Assembly (NCBI GenBank): GCA_051362555.1 | Contig: CM120646.1 | Coordinates: 14,136,001 to 14,200,000 of the forward strand | Source: Lingula anatina | Taxonomy: Eukaryota > Animalia > Brachiopoda | Direction: 5' to 3' | Length of the DNA: 64,000 bases | Shown: positions 1 through 13,800 of the stretch, one piece after another | Layout: each line of letters begins with the position of its first letter | How positions within the stretch are numbered: the first letter of the stretch is position 1 | Notes under the pieces: model-generated | Told to the model about the DNA's origin: nothing | Database searches by the model: none | What the model saw: the letters and a program-made list of their open reading frames with translations, nothing else | Position numbers and translations under genes: made by a program

Positions 1-2044
1 CAGTAAGTTATTTTAACGATGCGAGCCGCACACGCTTTCGGCCCTTGCCGACTACTTTTTTTCACGAAACAGTTACTGACTCTAACCACTTTTTGCACCA
101 AAGCAGTGTATTCCCTTGGTGTTTCTTTTGGCAGGTCCATCGTATTAAGTAATTGCTTCCTTGCTTGCACAGTCGGAGCGACATTTTTGGTCACGAAATT
201 GTTTTCCTTCGCTCCAAGAACGGCTGTTGGCCGGACTTGTATACCTGCCTGGGTCGAATTTCGTGGAGAATCCCAGAACACGGGACGTTCTAATGATATA
301 ATTCACTTCAATACGGAGAACCAGGTTTTTGCCATTTAAGAAGCAACACGAGACCTTTCTGCATTTCTAACTGTCAGAGTGCATTTTCAGTCAAACCAAT
401 ACTACATGGAGTTTCCAACAATTGAGAGAGTCGGGGAGGGGGGGGGGGGTTAGCTAGTGGAGTGCAACGCAATGTGGCGCCGGGGGGGGGGGGGGGGGGG
501 CTCATTTCACGCCATTGTGTGTTGGGGGGGGGGCACGCAGGGTAGAGGCAGCTTAAAATATTTAGAACTTTACTAAATGAGAAAGAGTGAAAAAAAAGTT
601 CCACAATGACCTTACACGCCAAGTGTCCCAGATCCAACCTATTAGATAAAGTCAAAGGAAAAACAGAATTCAACGAAACATAAAAGTGATAATTTTTCAA
701 GTGTGCTCCATTTATACGTAGCCCTGAAAAGCCCAAAAATTAAAAAAAAAAACTCCATGATCAACTCGGGTGAACAGCAAGGGCTACACTTTAAAATAGT
801 ATATATTTTCTCATTAGACCTTAATGCATAACGAAATCACATATTAACACAAACATTCGTGTCAGGAGTGATATTCTGACGTGGAATGTAAGGCCACGCC
901 AGCCGTGTCACTCCCCCGTGTGGGACGTGACAGAAAGGTGGGACATTATGTGGTAACTGACATAACCTGTTAGCCAAGTGTTTTGACATTGATGGGGCCG
1001 CGTGAGGGTGAAATTCCTAATTAATACATATATGGAAATAGTTTCAAAGAAATAAGTGGATTTAATCCTGGCCCTAATGTTGAATAATAAGAGGCAAATA
1101 TTAGGTTGTGGTAACAGAACATTTGTTGTCTAATATAATTTCCAAATTGACTAATTTCTTTAAACAAGATAAGGTGTTATTCTATCTTTATTCATTAATT
1201 GTACTTCAGTCATATAATAATCGAGATACGTTATTGGTTTGTGCTTTTGCACTTAGTGTCGTGTAATGCTGTCCATTATTGCAATTTCTCCTTCTAATAG
1301 TGCAGGGTGCCTTTATGTTTTTTTTTTATTTTTTTTTTTTTGTGCCTGTGTGCTAACGCCAGCCTTATACATGTACATGATGTAGATTGTGCATGAAAAA
1401 ATGTCTGTATGTGGAAGTTCAATTTTTCCATTTATTATGGTACAATTCGTGTTGTACACCGCACAAGGCTGAATTAAAACATGGTATTTAGTTTTTTATT
1501 TTTTTTTTATTACAAATATTGCAAACCTCCTGCCTGCCCCTGGTTTTCCCTCTTTTCAACTGAAGTAAATTACACTCTCCAGGAAAGTAATATATGTGCC
1601 CATTGGCGAGTGTCCTTGTGCATGGGTGAACCTTCAAAGAATAGTTATGAATCATGAAAACGTTTAAATGTCTCTGACCCATTTGTCTCTATCATTTACC
1701 TTTAAGATACAGACGAAGAAAAATGACTTTTTAAGTAACCTTCAGCACCTCTTCAACAATCGCTATTCACCATCCTGCTGGCGCGTTCGCATACCTGACA
1801 AAAAAATGTAGCGGTCCTACGTCACCATAGTAATTTTAACGGATTTTTGAGGGCGTTGTCATTGAGTTGTTTTATACTGCTTTTGTGGTTGTTCTTAGTT
1901 GTAAATAGGTGGTTATGCCTCTGACTTGGTGTTATGTAAATGAACCATATATGTTTTATTCCTTTTCCTGAAGGCCTTTTTTTATTGATTTAAGAAATAA
2001 GATGATGTCACTATGGGGTGATGCATAGACAACAGTGTGTTGAT

Positions 2045-2076
<32 letters not shown>

Positions 2077-2078
<2 letters not shown>

Positions 2079-2311
2079 CCCCATTCGCATAGACATCATC
2101 GGTCTATGTGGATCGACCCAACTTTGCAGGGACTCTCGCTGACTGCAATCAGCTTAACTGAATGGCACGCCTCTTGCTGGCGTTGAGTAGAATACAGAAA
2201 AGCTTGTGATTATACGAGTACGCTGGAAACGAGGGGGCGTGTCAGTCAGTTAAGCTGATTGCAAAGTTGGGTCGATACACATAGACCGATGATGTCAATG
2301 AGGATGGGGTC
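2077..2311. mobile_element. Palindromic MITE (~235 bp, family M1)
   Basis: The left arm GCCCCATTCGCATAGACATCATCGGTCTATGTGGATCGACCCAACTTTGCA is the near reverse complement of the right arm ending ...ATGAGGATGGGGTC. There is an inner inverted repeat TGCAATCAGCTTAACTGA/TCAGTTAAGCTGATTGCA. The core recurs near 35592-35645. Confidence 0.8.
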
Positions 2312-2350
2312 TTCTATTGAGAGAGAGAGAGAGAGAGAGAGGCAGTGTGT

Positions 2351-2525
2351 CAGGCCCGTAGCCAGCAAATTCAAAAGGGGGGTTCTTTTTCTGAAAAAGT
2401 GGACCTTTTACAATGAAACTTAAGTGTACTTAGATCAAATTTTACCCAAAATGGACCTTTTCCTGACAAAAGGGGCGGTTCTTTCGAACCCCCCGACCCC
2501 CCCCCCCCCCCTTGCTACGGGCCTG
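2351..2525 (+). mobile_element. 175-bp non-autonomous DNA transposon (MITE family M2), hAT-like CAGG ends
   Basis: TIR CAGGCCCGTAGC...GCTACGGGCCTG. Similar copies lie at 20152-20326 and 33201-33375. Flanked by TGTGT on both sides, but inside a GT repeat. Confidence 0.85.
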
Positions 2526-2527
2526 TG

Positions 2528-2606
<79 letters not shown>
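2526..2606. repeat. Compound (GT)n(GA)n microsatellite
   Basis: Read directly. Similar tracts occur at about 2048-2076, 4652-4713, 5140-5186 and 23413-23448. Confidence 0.95.
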
Positions 2607-2608
<2 letters not shown>

Positions 2609-4649
2609 ACAAGTCGCGGGTCAGCATTTCCCCTCTACAACCCACAGCTGGATAACTCAGCACATAGTCGAAAAATCAGTAGAAATCATTACTGGCTGCA
2701 CAAACTACAACCGCATTATATCTCCAGAATGCAAATATGATTGCTCATTGATCCATTTACAAGGAAATTAAATTTCTTCTTTTGAAAGGACTAACAAGCC
2801 ATGGTGAGCACATGGTCCACCTTTGACGCGGCTAGCTTGAAAGATATACGAGTAGTTGAACATCCGAGCCCACTGGTGAGATAGAGAAACAGCAGTGACA
2901 CGGCAGAAGATGTGGGTCCGTCTAGCCATAACAGCAGGCCTTCTCTGCTCAGTACTAGGTAAGATAACGTCTATATTTCTTTCTTTACTGTGGTATTGAT
3001 CATAGAATTGGGTGGGAAGAAATATCGCTCTCATATCTATTTGGGTATAACGTTGTGTACAAGTTCTCACCCCAAACCGTAGTTTATCATTGTTCTGTAT
3101 TCATTTGAACTTTGCCTACTGTTGTTTTTTTTCTGGTTTTTTCGAAGAACGTTTATAAAGTACAAATGGCAATTTTAATGCTTTTAAGATGATGAGATTA
3201 TTATCTTATTACTGCATGAACAAAGAGAGAGAGAGAGAGAGAGATAATACGCTTTCATTAACAAATTTTAGCGGAATAATTAAAAAAGTTATCCACATCT
3301 TTATTAAAAAAAGATTTCCATCAAGTTCACGTAAGAGTGCGAAACATGTATGCTATGTGGATAGCCCTCACGGCCATTCACATGCATGACGACGAAATGC
3401 CCCGAATTTAATCATTGTAGGTAAAAAAATCTTTGCATGACGACGAGAAAAGACCAGATAATTGTTACCTTAAAACATTTGGAACCATGAATTTATGATA
3501 CTTTAAGTAAGTAATGAAATATCGAATATACCCATTGAAATAATCTGTTCATAATTGGTTCTTAGAACTGCAAAGGGGTGGGTAAAAGACACTTCAGTGC
3601 ACTGTATATAATAGTTGAAAGTCATACGGTGTGACACACGAATTTTTCAATTTCACGCCGTTTATCCCAAAATAAGCTGCGACACGGTTGCTGAGAATAG
3701 TATCATGATGCCTTCATCAATTTCTCCATTTGAAATCGACCAGATGAAGTCACTGTTGTTGATCCGTAAGATATGATTCATTTGCATCTGCGGATGGGTC
3801 TATTTCTTTGCAGAGCAGTTCATTTCACACAGAGTACCTGTAAAATCATTAAGCAAGAAACTGATTAAGTGAAAAAAAGTAACCTGTAAATTTTAATGAT
3901 CTCCACTGTTTCTCTCATTCTCTCCCAGCAGGCCAAGTTGTTACATTTTTTAAATGTTCACTTTTTAAATTTTGATACAGCAGTGTTAAGGCAACTCTTT
4001 ACATGTACTGGAGGTCAAATTAGTGATGAAATTAATTCTTGCAAAAAATCTCGCTCACAGTAGAAAAATTTGTCACAAATAAGCCAGAGACATATCGGTG
4101 AATATATAGTGAAAAATCAATCTGTGGCCCTGGTAAAGGGCATGGTAATCCAGTTAGAAACTGTTTCGAGTGTGACGAGTTACGAAAAAAGAAAAAAATC
4201 AAACCCAAATCTCTTGTATTGAATTTGTTGGTATCTATAGCCAATTGCTAACAGATTGTTTCTTAACTCTACTAGTATGTGACTAAAGAGCAGCATACAG
4301 TCTACACCTGCCTCTAGATTAAACAAATTGTCATAAATCGAAAACCATTTCTGGTAATATTAGATACAGATACGCAAACAATATCAACGACACACGGGCA
4401 AGTGGTCTATATTTTCGGGGGAACAAAGGTAAAATATAAGTCCTTTACACGTTCCTTCTAACAGGTACACGCGGAGATTTTTTCACTAGAAATTGATAGT
4501 TATTTATCCGGCTGTTCACTAGCTGAGCACAATTCTCTACTGAGACAGGCATTTCCACTGATCTAGCCTCTGGAAGAGAGTACTTAACTCTAGTCTGTGC
4601 AGGAGGGTTCTTTTCTTTCTTTCTTTCTTTCTTTTGGAAAGAATTTGCA

Positions 4650-4707
<58 letters not shown>

Positions 4708-5137
4708 TGTGTGAACGCGAGTTTCTCTTACTGTATTTGTGTGTGCCTGGGTAGGAGCGACAGTTTGCGTTGATAATATACGCTAGTCTACATGCTGGTT
4801 CTGGGGCCGTTTACTGGGGTCTTGTTCAACGTAAGAAAACTAGGTCCATCCTGTCGCTTACACGTGAATCTATTTTGAAAAAAGAGCACCTTCCCACGTT
4901 TGGCAACCCTATACGCTATCATTTAAAAGAGAGTCTAATTGACCTGAATTCGTCGCGGGTCACTTAATTCAGGGGCAGTATTAATTCAATGTCGGGTAAC
5001 TCGTTCATCCTTGTTACACGCTTGGTTTGTTGAACTTCAACTGCAGAGTGATGGAATTCTGTCTATTGTCTCCACTGGAGTGTCGTTAATTAGTGGCGAC
5101 AGAGCCTTAATTCTGTGTGCATAGAAGCTGGTGGTGG

Positions 5138-5190
<53 letters not shown>

Positions 5191-7003
5191 CGGGGGATCT
5201 GCTTGTAAAAACCTTGCGCGAAACATAAATCATGAAAAAGGAGAGTGTTATCTTCAACAACAACGTACATTTCGAATCGTTTGCGGTAAGATATCGAATC
5301 AGACAATATATCACTCCATGAGGTGACCTGTCTACTTCAGTTCACTTCATACCACTGCTCCTATACTTACGTGTATCAAATGTTTCAAGTGGGGGAACCC
5401 TTCAAGACAAAGCGATAACACCCTCTTATACTTCAATTCAGCACTGATCATTTGAAGCATCAAAAGCATGCCAAAGTGGTGTTCCTACAACGTGCTTGCT
5501 TCACAATTTTTTCTCTAATAGCGGTCAATCTTGCGATTAAAAAAACACACTAAATCGCACGTGTGACCAGACCGTTAATTTTAGTTATAATGCCTTTTCC
5601 ACATTTTAATTTCGGGCGTGAACGAAAACTTGTGGTCAGTTTTGACCAGTCTTAACGAGAAACTACTGGGCAAATAAATAACCCTTATAAATCACCTATT
5701 TCTTCCCACCCTGAAGTTCAAGGAAACCTTTCACGTACTGACCGGTATGTGGATATTCGGAATATTATCTTTCAGAGTTTAAATATTATACCAGGATTGA
5801 AGCTAGCTATTTTGAAACGGGTATTTTTCTAGAGTGGATCTTTGTACCTACTTGTTGGCATGTAGTGTAACCTAGACCAACTTTTGATCCAGAGAAGACG
5901 TTTTTTCTGGCCAAATGGAAGGCTCGCCCCCCCCCCCCGCCCCTCTCCCGCCGCCCGTCTTCACGACTAGAAAAATTCTGAGGGTGAACTCCCTTGACCT
6001 TCGAGGTGGCATGGTTCAGATTCATGTTATCGGATATATTGGCTGCAAGAGAATGATATATGCTGGCTTCTTATCATAGCTTTTTCTCTAACGGTAAATG
6101 CACACTATACACTCATATTATTCTGACATTTTAGCCACCGTTGAAGTTTGTATTTTTTCGTTGTGGTTAGTGTTATGTTATGTGTTGGGGCGAGAGTGAG
6201 ACGGCATTAATACTTATTAAAGATGTTGAGAGATTTTATTTGCACCATATTCACACATACATTTTTATGCGGCATATACAAGTAAAACTATCATCACGAA
6301 TGCTATAAAGGAGTTACATATGTGAAGCGCATGGCAATTTAAAGCTTCATATGGGCTAACACTAAAGCCAGTCATCTATTAATAAATACATATCACTCAA
6401 TCAATCATATACAAGTGACCCAGTATTGTATACAGTTTAGCATGCCCAAGTTGCTTCCTCGTTCTTGCAGGCACATAAAAATCAAAATCGTAAGGAAGAC
6501 GGTCTTAAAAAATTAGCGCTTGGGGGGATCTCGAGCAAGGAATGGCTATTTATAAATCGTAAAAGGATTTTTTTAGCAACAGCTTATTTCGAATCGCTTG
6601 TGGTGAGGTATCTTATCAGACAATATATCATTCTCCGAGGGGAACTGTCTACTTCAGTTTATTTCATACCACTGTTCCTTACGTCTATCAAATGTGTCAA
6701 GAGGGGGGCAGGGAGAAGAAAGCGGCAAAAAATGTGGACGTGAAGATGAACATCGGTTGACAAGGGTCCCGGCCCCCGGCGTATGAAAGGCCCGTACAGT
6801 ACGATGTATTTGGTTGGGGTGGTGGTCAGAGTACTGCCCCTTCGGCCCGGGGTGGGGTGGGGGGTGGGGGTGGGGTAAGGGTGGAGTTTAATTCAATTAA
6901 ACCTTGCTCCCTCCTAGCCTCTTGTTTTCACTCAATAATTCTAATTATGGCGAGACTCCTTTGAAGGCTATAAATGTAACCATATTATTTTGAATATTTC
7001 CAG

Positions 7004-10000
7004 GAAAAATTTTAGACCCATGCAGTATTACAGAAGTAACTCAGACATCTTCTGTGCTTTACCCTGATTGTATAGACCACCAGGGGGCAACACATGGTCC
7101 AGTAGAGCAAGATGGGCTCAATATCACTTTTGAAACACCTTTCAAGTTTTTTGGAGAACCAAAATCTTCAGTATTGGTAAGGCATATATATATATATTCC
7201 ATCGATTGCATTGAATAATCATAATGCAAATATATCTCTTGATGTACTCTTTAGCATTGTATCTTCTTATATGCCTTTGTAAACTAAGGTCATATTTATA
7301 CACAGAATATACATGTTTATATTATATATTACCGCATGAACAGGTAAGCACGCTGACACCCATGCACATGCATAACACATGAACACACTGCATATAGACC
7401 CCTGGCTACGAGTCTGAATCAGGACCAAAAAATCTACCAGGCACATTGTCATCTATTGTAAACTGAGACGTAGTGAAGAGAGGTATACACATGCATAAAA
7501 AACAGACCTCATTTTTTTTCTCCTATACTTTTCATTGTATGCTCACATACACGGAAGCAGGAACGCTCTTTTAAAACAACTGAAACATGAAAAAAGTTTT
7601 GTAAAATATTATTTTTTTCTATCTTTTCAGGCCTATGATAATGGTGTTCTTTCTTTTGCACCCCTGGGAAAGCCCGATTATTTGCCCCTTGTCGAGAATA
7701 TTTCCCTCATCGCCCCGTATTGGACAGATGAAAGCAGCGCACTCTATCGGAAGACAAGTTGCGGTGTGACGTCAAACGAATTTCTGTTGGAGAGACTTGG
7801 GTTAGATCTCACGAGTGCGTTAGGTGTGACGTCGTACTACCCGCACTGGGGCTTCCTATGCACGTGGGAGAGAGTGCAGGATGGAAAAGCGGGCAACGAA
7901 AGTAGTCCGGCAGTACAGGTAGGGCCTACCGGATTTACGGTGGACTATAAACATCTCATAAATATGAATAAAAATGAAAGAAAATGATAATTAAAAAGAT
8001 TAATGGGGTATTGTGGGTGTGTTCTAAAGCGATGTAGCACTCTTTCAGAATTTTTTAATTTCATATATTTTTTGTAATGGTGGGGGGGGGGGGGGGGGTT
8101 TAGGGGCGTAAAGCCACAGCGTCCTCCTTTCTTGTCTTATTTTCTCCAGTAGCCTAGATGTGAATAGCATTTTTAATTTGTAATACGTCGTGTTTGTTTT
8201 ATATTGTCAGATTATAAATGTAATGTAATGTTTATTTTTTTATCCACTAATTGAATGAATTTTTATTGTAGAGTGCGTTCCAAGCGGCTTTGACCAGCGA
8301 CGGGAATTATTCGTTTGTCATTTTCAATTATGTTGGCGTGGGAGATGAGACAGCGAACAGAAAACTTCCTCCCGTTCAGGTAAATATAAAAATAGATTAC
8401 AGTTTGCAATGAAAAAAGAAAAAAAAAACAGGTCAATTATCTGTTGATAAAATAATTGAATTGGAAATTGATTAATGAATAGTTAACAGTAAAGAATGGT
8501 AAAGTCTGTAGGTCTGGAGGTTTGCTTGTTTGTTGAACAGTTCTATTTAATACTTTTTCTGTAATCTTAATAATATCATATTGCTCAGTGCACAAAAACG
8601 ACACATGAGTCTTTGATACGTTTCCCTTGCTAAATGAATTAACATTTATATTACCTCCATTTTAGGCAGGGGTGGACGCGGGGGATGGCATGACGTTTTG
8701 CAGTTTAAAGGGCAGTGGGAAGAGAAGAATACACCGATCTCTTCAGTCGTCCAACGTCGGAGAAGTAGGAAGATGGATCTTCCGTGTAGACGCCATTGAT
8801 CTAAGAGTGCCCGGATGTATCAGTTTAGACCCCAAAAAGTTCCTTAATCCACCGATGTCGGTTGTTTCTAGAAATTTAAGGAGGAGAAAGAGTCGCAAGA
8901 AGAAAAAGGGGAAATCCCGCCGACGCAAGCGCCAAATCAGAGAATTTACTCAAACTCATAGCTACCAACGGATCGTCAAACTGAGACAAGAGATGACGGA
9001 CTTGCAAGGACGCGTTGACACAATGTCGAAGGGAGAACAAGCGACACAGTCCTTTATGACTGAAATTAACCGGCGTTTGCCAAGACTGAGGTCTCAGGTG
9101 AGCCGCCTCAAACATGAACTGCGTAGTCTGACACACGCAATAAGTCAACTGGACCGAGAAATGGGAAGACTTAGCCAAACAACAGACGACTCCATGTTGC
9201 GAAAACGCATGCAAGACATATCTCAAGACATTATGACAACTGACAGGCAACTAAGCCAGTTTCTAGCACGGATACGAGACTTTGAGCACAGATTGTCAAA
9301 TTTTGATGTAAGGAGAGAGCAAACAGGGCAAGGTATAATGTTTGGCATAAACCAGGACATTGTTGGTCTTGGCAACGAGCTGACGAAGTCAATGCAGCAC
9401 GTACAATCACTGGAACGCTACCTCGTCAATGCAATAAGTCAGCATTTTCAAACAACCAGTGACAACGCGTACATGTGGAAATACAGAAGTCTTGAAAGAG
9501 ATCGGTATCGCAAAATTAAGTCTATCAGTCAGCAAATGCTTGGAACCAGACACTCAGCAAGATTAGTTGATTATCGCCTGAAACGAACCGATCGTGAATT
9601 AAAGCGACTGAAACGGATCGAAGGGGTTATGAATGATTATTTGCAAAAGTACAACCGTCAGCATTCTCTGCTTCAAAACGACATGGGGCGCGCCACTCAC
9701 ACGCCGGTAGAGGTCATGCACACCATGACAAACTTCGACCGACAGCTGGAGGCCGAACAGCAGAAGCTTCAGGAGATTTCAAACAAACTTCGCAGTCAGA
9801 GCCACTTGGCGTCTGGATTAAGAAGGGATATTCCCCGCTTTGAGAACCAAATGGGCTACATTCGTGATCACGTACAGAAATTATCAACTCAAGTTTTTGC
9901 ACAGCAAGGGAAATTGTCAAGCACGGGGCGCTTCATCAACGCCGTGCGGCAAACTTTAACTCAATTGCACAGTAAACTGAGGAACGGTAACCGTCCCCAA

Positions 10001-10297
10001 CAGCAAAGAGAACGCGACATGGCGTTTCTTAGCGAGAATCTCGCCAAATCGAGATCTCAGCTTCGTCTGGCGGAGCGGCAGCTGGAAAGCGTGTACCGCT
10101 ACCTGCAACTTATCGGACGACAGATGACGCAAACGGCAGAGTATCTTCAAACATTGAGCCGATATTATATGCAATATATGAGACGAAGGGATTACTATGG
10201 TCGCCCAACTAGCACTAACAATGTTTCCGAAAGGCTTGGCCAACTTAGTCGAGTACTTTTTGACCTCAGTAGAGACTTAAAGAGGGCAACTAAATAA
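7004..10297 (+). CDS. NIDO-domain protein with polybasic linker and long C-terminal coiled coil (5' exon(s) unresolved)
   Basis: In-phase GT-AG exons 7004-7176, 7631-7918, 8272-8379 and 8666-10297. NIDO-type motifs: PFKFFG, AYDNGVLSF, LIAPYWTD, SAFQAALTSDGNYSFVIFNY, AGVDAGDG and SSNVGEVGRWIFRVD. These are followed by RRRKSRKKKKGKSRRRKR and about 450 aa of L/Q/R-rich heptad-like sequence. The first resolved exon starts in phase 1, so an upstream coding exon is needed (candidate donors near 3765 and 4830). Confidence 0.85.
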
Positions 10298-12618
10298 TAT
10301 TGTTTTGTCATAAATGTTTATTCGCAAAAGTATGATTTTAGTGTTGGACATAACAAGGTTTTTTAATTTTTCTCCGAAAATGCTGCAAAATCACCGTTTC
10401 TTTATTCCATATGAGAATCGTTAAATCACATTAGCTACCTTTTCCCCTTAGCATAAATGTATTGTTTTAATTACCAGTAAACCATTTATTTTATAATAGT
10501 AAACAACAAACAAATTACCTCCAGTTTCTCTCTACATGACTAATCTCCTCTTGCACTTAAACAGGGAATCGCCTGTTGCTTTCTAACATATTGGTAGTGG
10601 GTTACTTAAAGGAGCCCACAAAACGCCCCGGTTATTCGAACTCCTTGCGTATAACCTAACCACACAAGTGCCAAACATCACCACTGCCATTTTGCATTCG
10701 TCATTTGTTAAAGTAATTAAGTAGAGTGTATACGTATCTAACTTATGTTATATAATTAAGAGACCGAATATCTTTGACTTCTTATACAGTGTACTTTATA
10801 ATAAAAAAAGAATGTCACCATCCGTATCATTTTTGAGATTAGAATAAGGTTGCTTTGAATAATTACAGTGTACTGAATAGGGTTTTACGCCGTATACACA
10901 ACACAGATCTACCGGTAGACATTGCTCGGAAACTATATTGTGTGCAGTGTTTCACAAATCTCTTGTTCAAAATATTTAAACTAGTTTAACCTTTGTATCC
11001 TCCAGACTGCTTTTTATGCCAATGTATTAGATTTAGATGTTTTAATAAATATGACAAGCTTGTTTTAAACATTTGCGAAGAAAGTGACAAAGGGAGCAGG
11101 ATCACGAGATTAAATATTGACTTTGAAGCTAACTGGTTGTAGTATTGACTTCAGTTTGCTGCTCTGTGATACATTGTATACCAACATGTTGTTTTGCTTC
11201 TCAGTTAGATGCTGACTCCATTTCATAATATAATTATCAACTGCGTTTCTGCTTGTAATTATGGAATGCATGTTAAATGTCATACAGTGTGTTAGCAATG
11301 AAATTTCATAACTTATCATCATTAATAAAGAACGAAATATATACAAAAACAAGAATAACTGTAGTTTATCTTCTATGAACTCTGTAGCATTTGTTGGTTG
11401 TCTTGTAACTAGTTTTGTAAATCACGTGAGGATTTTTTTTTTTTTTGCTCTGGGAAAGCGCCCATTATATCAGTTTCTTTGATTACACATGCTCATTCGC
11501 CACTTAGTCGCCATTGCCTGGTTTCCTGTTAATGATTTTAACCGTTTACAATAGTAGTAGATTGAATGGTTTGTTTGTTCCTTGTGATCAAACAGCACTA
11601 CTGCTTTAAGCAAAATAATATATGACCGGTGTGACGGGACTGGAAGACCGCTATAGAACCGTAGTCCATTCCCTTTTCCGCAATACGGACTAATGCACAG
11701 ATTTCATCGAGAGGGATTGACCTCGAAAAAGCATAAAAAGCAAGTGCAGATAAAAATTCTAATGAAATACATGTATTTTATTATAAGCTTTTCATATAAA
11801 ACATTAAGTTAATTAATCATAATCGAAGATGGTCAAGCTTTTTTCTTTCTTACACATCTGAATCTTTTCAGAATTGTCTCTTCAGAACCTTGCTACTTTT
11901 TGTAGTCCTGCGACTGTTTCTTTATGCAACCAAGTGTTGCTGAATTTCGGGAAATTTTCATCATTCTTAATTTTTGAAAATTTAGTTTTCGGTTCATGTA
12001 AACCGGTAGAAAAATAAAAAGTGTGTGAATGCATTATTGTGCTATGGATTCTCTACTTTTGGTCTGTGATCGTTAAAACCCCCCTTGACAATGGGCAGCG
12101 TCCTTTCTGTGTCCTTTGTGCAACCAAGAAACTGGCATCGCTGTGGTCGTAAAAAGGAGGCACAGGCATCACTTAGGTTGCAGAATGAATGCTCAGAGAT
12201 CTACCAGTTTTCGGCACGTAAAGTACTATTTTTTACTCTTAAACAAGGCCGTACGATAGGACGCAGAGAGGACGCCGTCCAGTGTAAAGGGGGCTTAATA
12301 ACACAACCTTCCTAGTTACGCGGTAGATGTAAAATTATGAAATCCTGAATATAAATCTGCACACACTATACTTGGTCATAGGCGGAAGGAAAAAAAACGT
12401 TCGTTTTAAAGTGATCAATAATAAATTGACATTTAACGCGACTATGTTATTGATTGTTACAAAACCGTGTACATGTATACGTGCATTATCACTTGGCTAA
12501 ATTACATCGTAAAAGCAGTCATCACTTACTTCAGTCATTGTTTCGATTATTTTCATTTGGTGAATATAGGTAGCAGTTATGCAATACTAATTTTGATCCG
12601 ACAAACTAGACGACAGTT

Positions 12619-13287
12619 ATGGTATACATCAACAGAAGATTTAGACAACTATTACTCGCAGTATACCTTACCGTTTTTATCGTCATTTCGAAAGCTGTTT
12701 CGCTACGGTTGACTCCAGTACAGTGTGTGATGAGAGAAATACAGCGAGGCACCTGTCAGTATTCAAATGTTACTGATTTCAATTCTTGTATTCTGATCGG
12801 GTATGGGCAACGACCAGCGCGGTATAGCAAAGCCTCACAGTTGTGCCTGATAGACGAAGCTGTGGGTAGGTCGTAAATAAATTTTAGTATTTATCTTTTC
12901 ATATATTTATATATTTACTAATTATGTATATATCTATCTTTATATCAATGTAGGTATTTTTATTTATATTTTATCTTTATTCATTGTTTTTTTTTTTCAG
13001 TCAACATTGGATGCTGGAAAGACACTGCAGTGCGAGCCATCCCTACTCTAGAAGGCGCGGATCCTATTCTGGATGGTTATTATTGGACCAGGATCAACGC
13101 CACTGAAAAGTGCTATGCTGCAGCAAGGAAGAGAGGGTATATTTATTTCGCTCTTCAGAACGGTGGCTGGTGCGCCTCGTCTCCGACTGCCGAGTTAACC
13201 TACACGAAGTACGGACGCTCTACAGCGTGTAATGTTGCTGGAACGGGAGGAGGATTGGCCAACCAAGTTTACAGAATAGATACTTAA
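12619..13287 (+). CDS. Secreted WSC-like domain protein, paralog 1
   Basis: Exons 12619-12865 and 13001-13287 (phase 1). Hydrophobic N-terminus, a 4-Cys segment, then GCWKD..RAIPTLEG..KCYAAARKRGYIYFALQNGGWC..Y.KYG.S..C..GTGG..ANQVY. This is a WSC-related module common in marine invertebrates. Confidence 0.8.
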
Positions 13288-13599
13288 CCAAGTCGCATTA
13301 GCGGTGACTTTATCTTAAAAACTGGACGAGCTTCAGGCACTGACAATTGTTTAGCCGACTGCATTTATTTCAAAAGCTATTTAGTTCTGTGTTAAAGCAA
13401 TATGAAATAATACAAGCAAAAATGCACAAAATTGTCATTACATGTACATGTATGATGCCAACCACCTATAGTCTGATGTTGACTGATTCCTTGGAAACTT
13501 GGTTTGGCGAGTTTTGCCACTGTTCCCTCAAAAAAGATGCTGACAATTTTCTGTTTTGGCTACACATCTGGTTGGGTTTATTTTAATAAAATTAAAATT

Positions 13600-13800
13600 T
13601 TCCAGGCTGATTGTTGAGAAGGACGATCTATGCTTATGTCTTGTCGCGTATGTTTCGTTGTACGTTGCCGATGGACGATCTTACAGACAGTTTCTTGAGT
13701 AATTTCAATGGAAACAGCGACGTCTTCTTGTTCGCGCCGAAGCAGCACATCCACAATATTAGAAAGTCCTCCCTCAGGCTTTAAGACGAGGCATTGGCAT
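13600..13800 (-). pseudogene. Possible degenerate Tc1 transposase N-terminal (HTH) fragment
   Basis: The minus strand has ATGCCTCGTCTT (MPRL) and, in a shifted frame, QEDVAVSIEITQETVCKIVHRQRTTKHTRQDISIDRP. This resembles the Tc1 pattern Q.DVA....SQ.TV..L..R.R.T....DR..SGRP. No catalytic domain is seen. Confidence 0.35.

Noticed and set aside
19-339. 106-aa plus-strand ORF and an overlapping open minus frame (with an in-frame TGA after MAKTWFSVLK)
   Set aside because: No recognisable motif in any frame, and the region is cut by the window edge. There is no support for selenocysteine readthrough.
374-736. Pro-rich minus-strand ORF
   Set aside because: Produced by poly-G runs that probably belong to a small repeat remnant.
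5037-5326. RERERE/SLSLSL ORFs (also at 2525 and 23383)
   Set aside because: Translations of (GA)n microsatellites.
8743-10243. Four minus-strand ORFs
   Set aside because: Antisense shadows of the long NIDO/coiled-coil exon.
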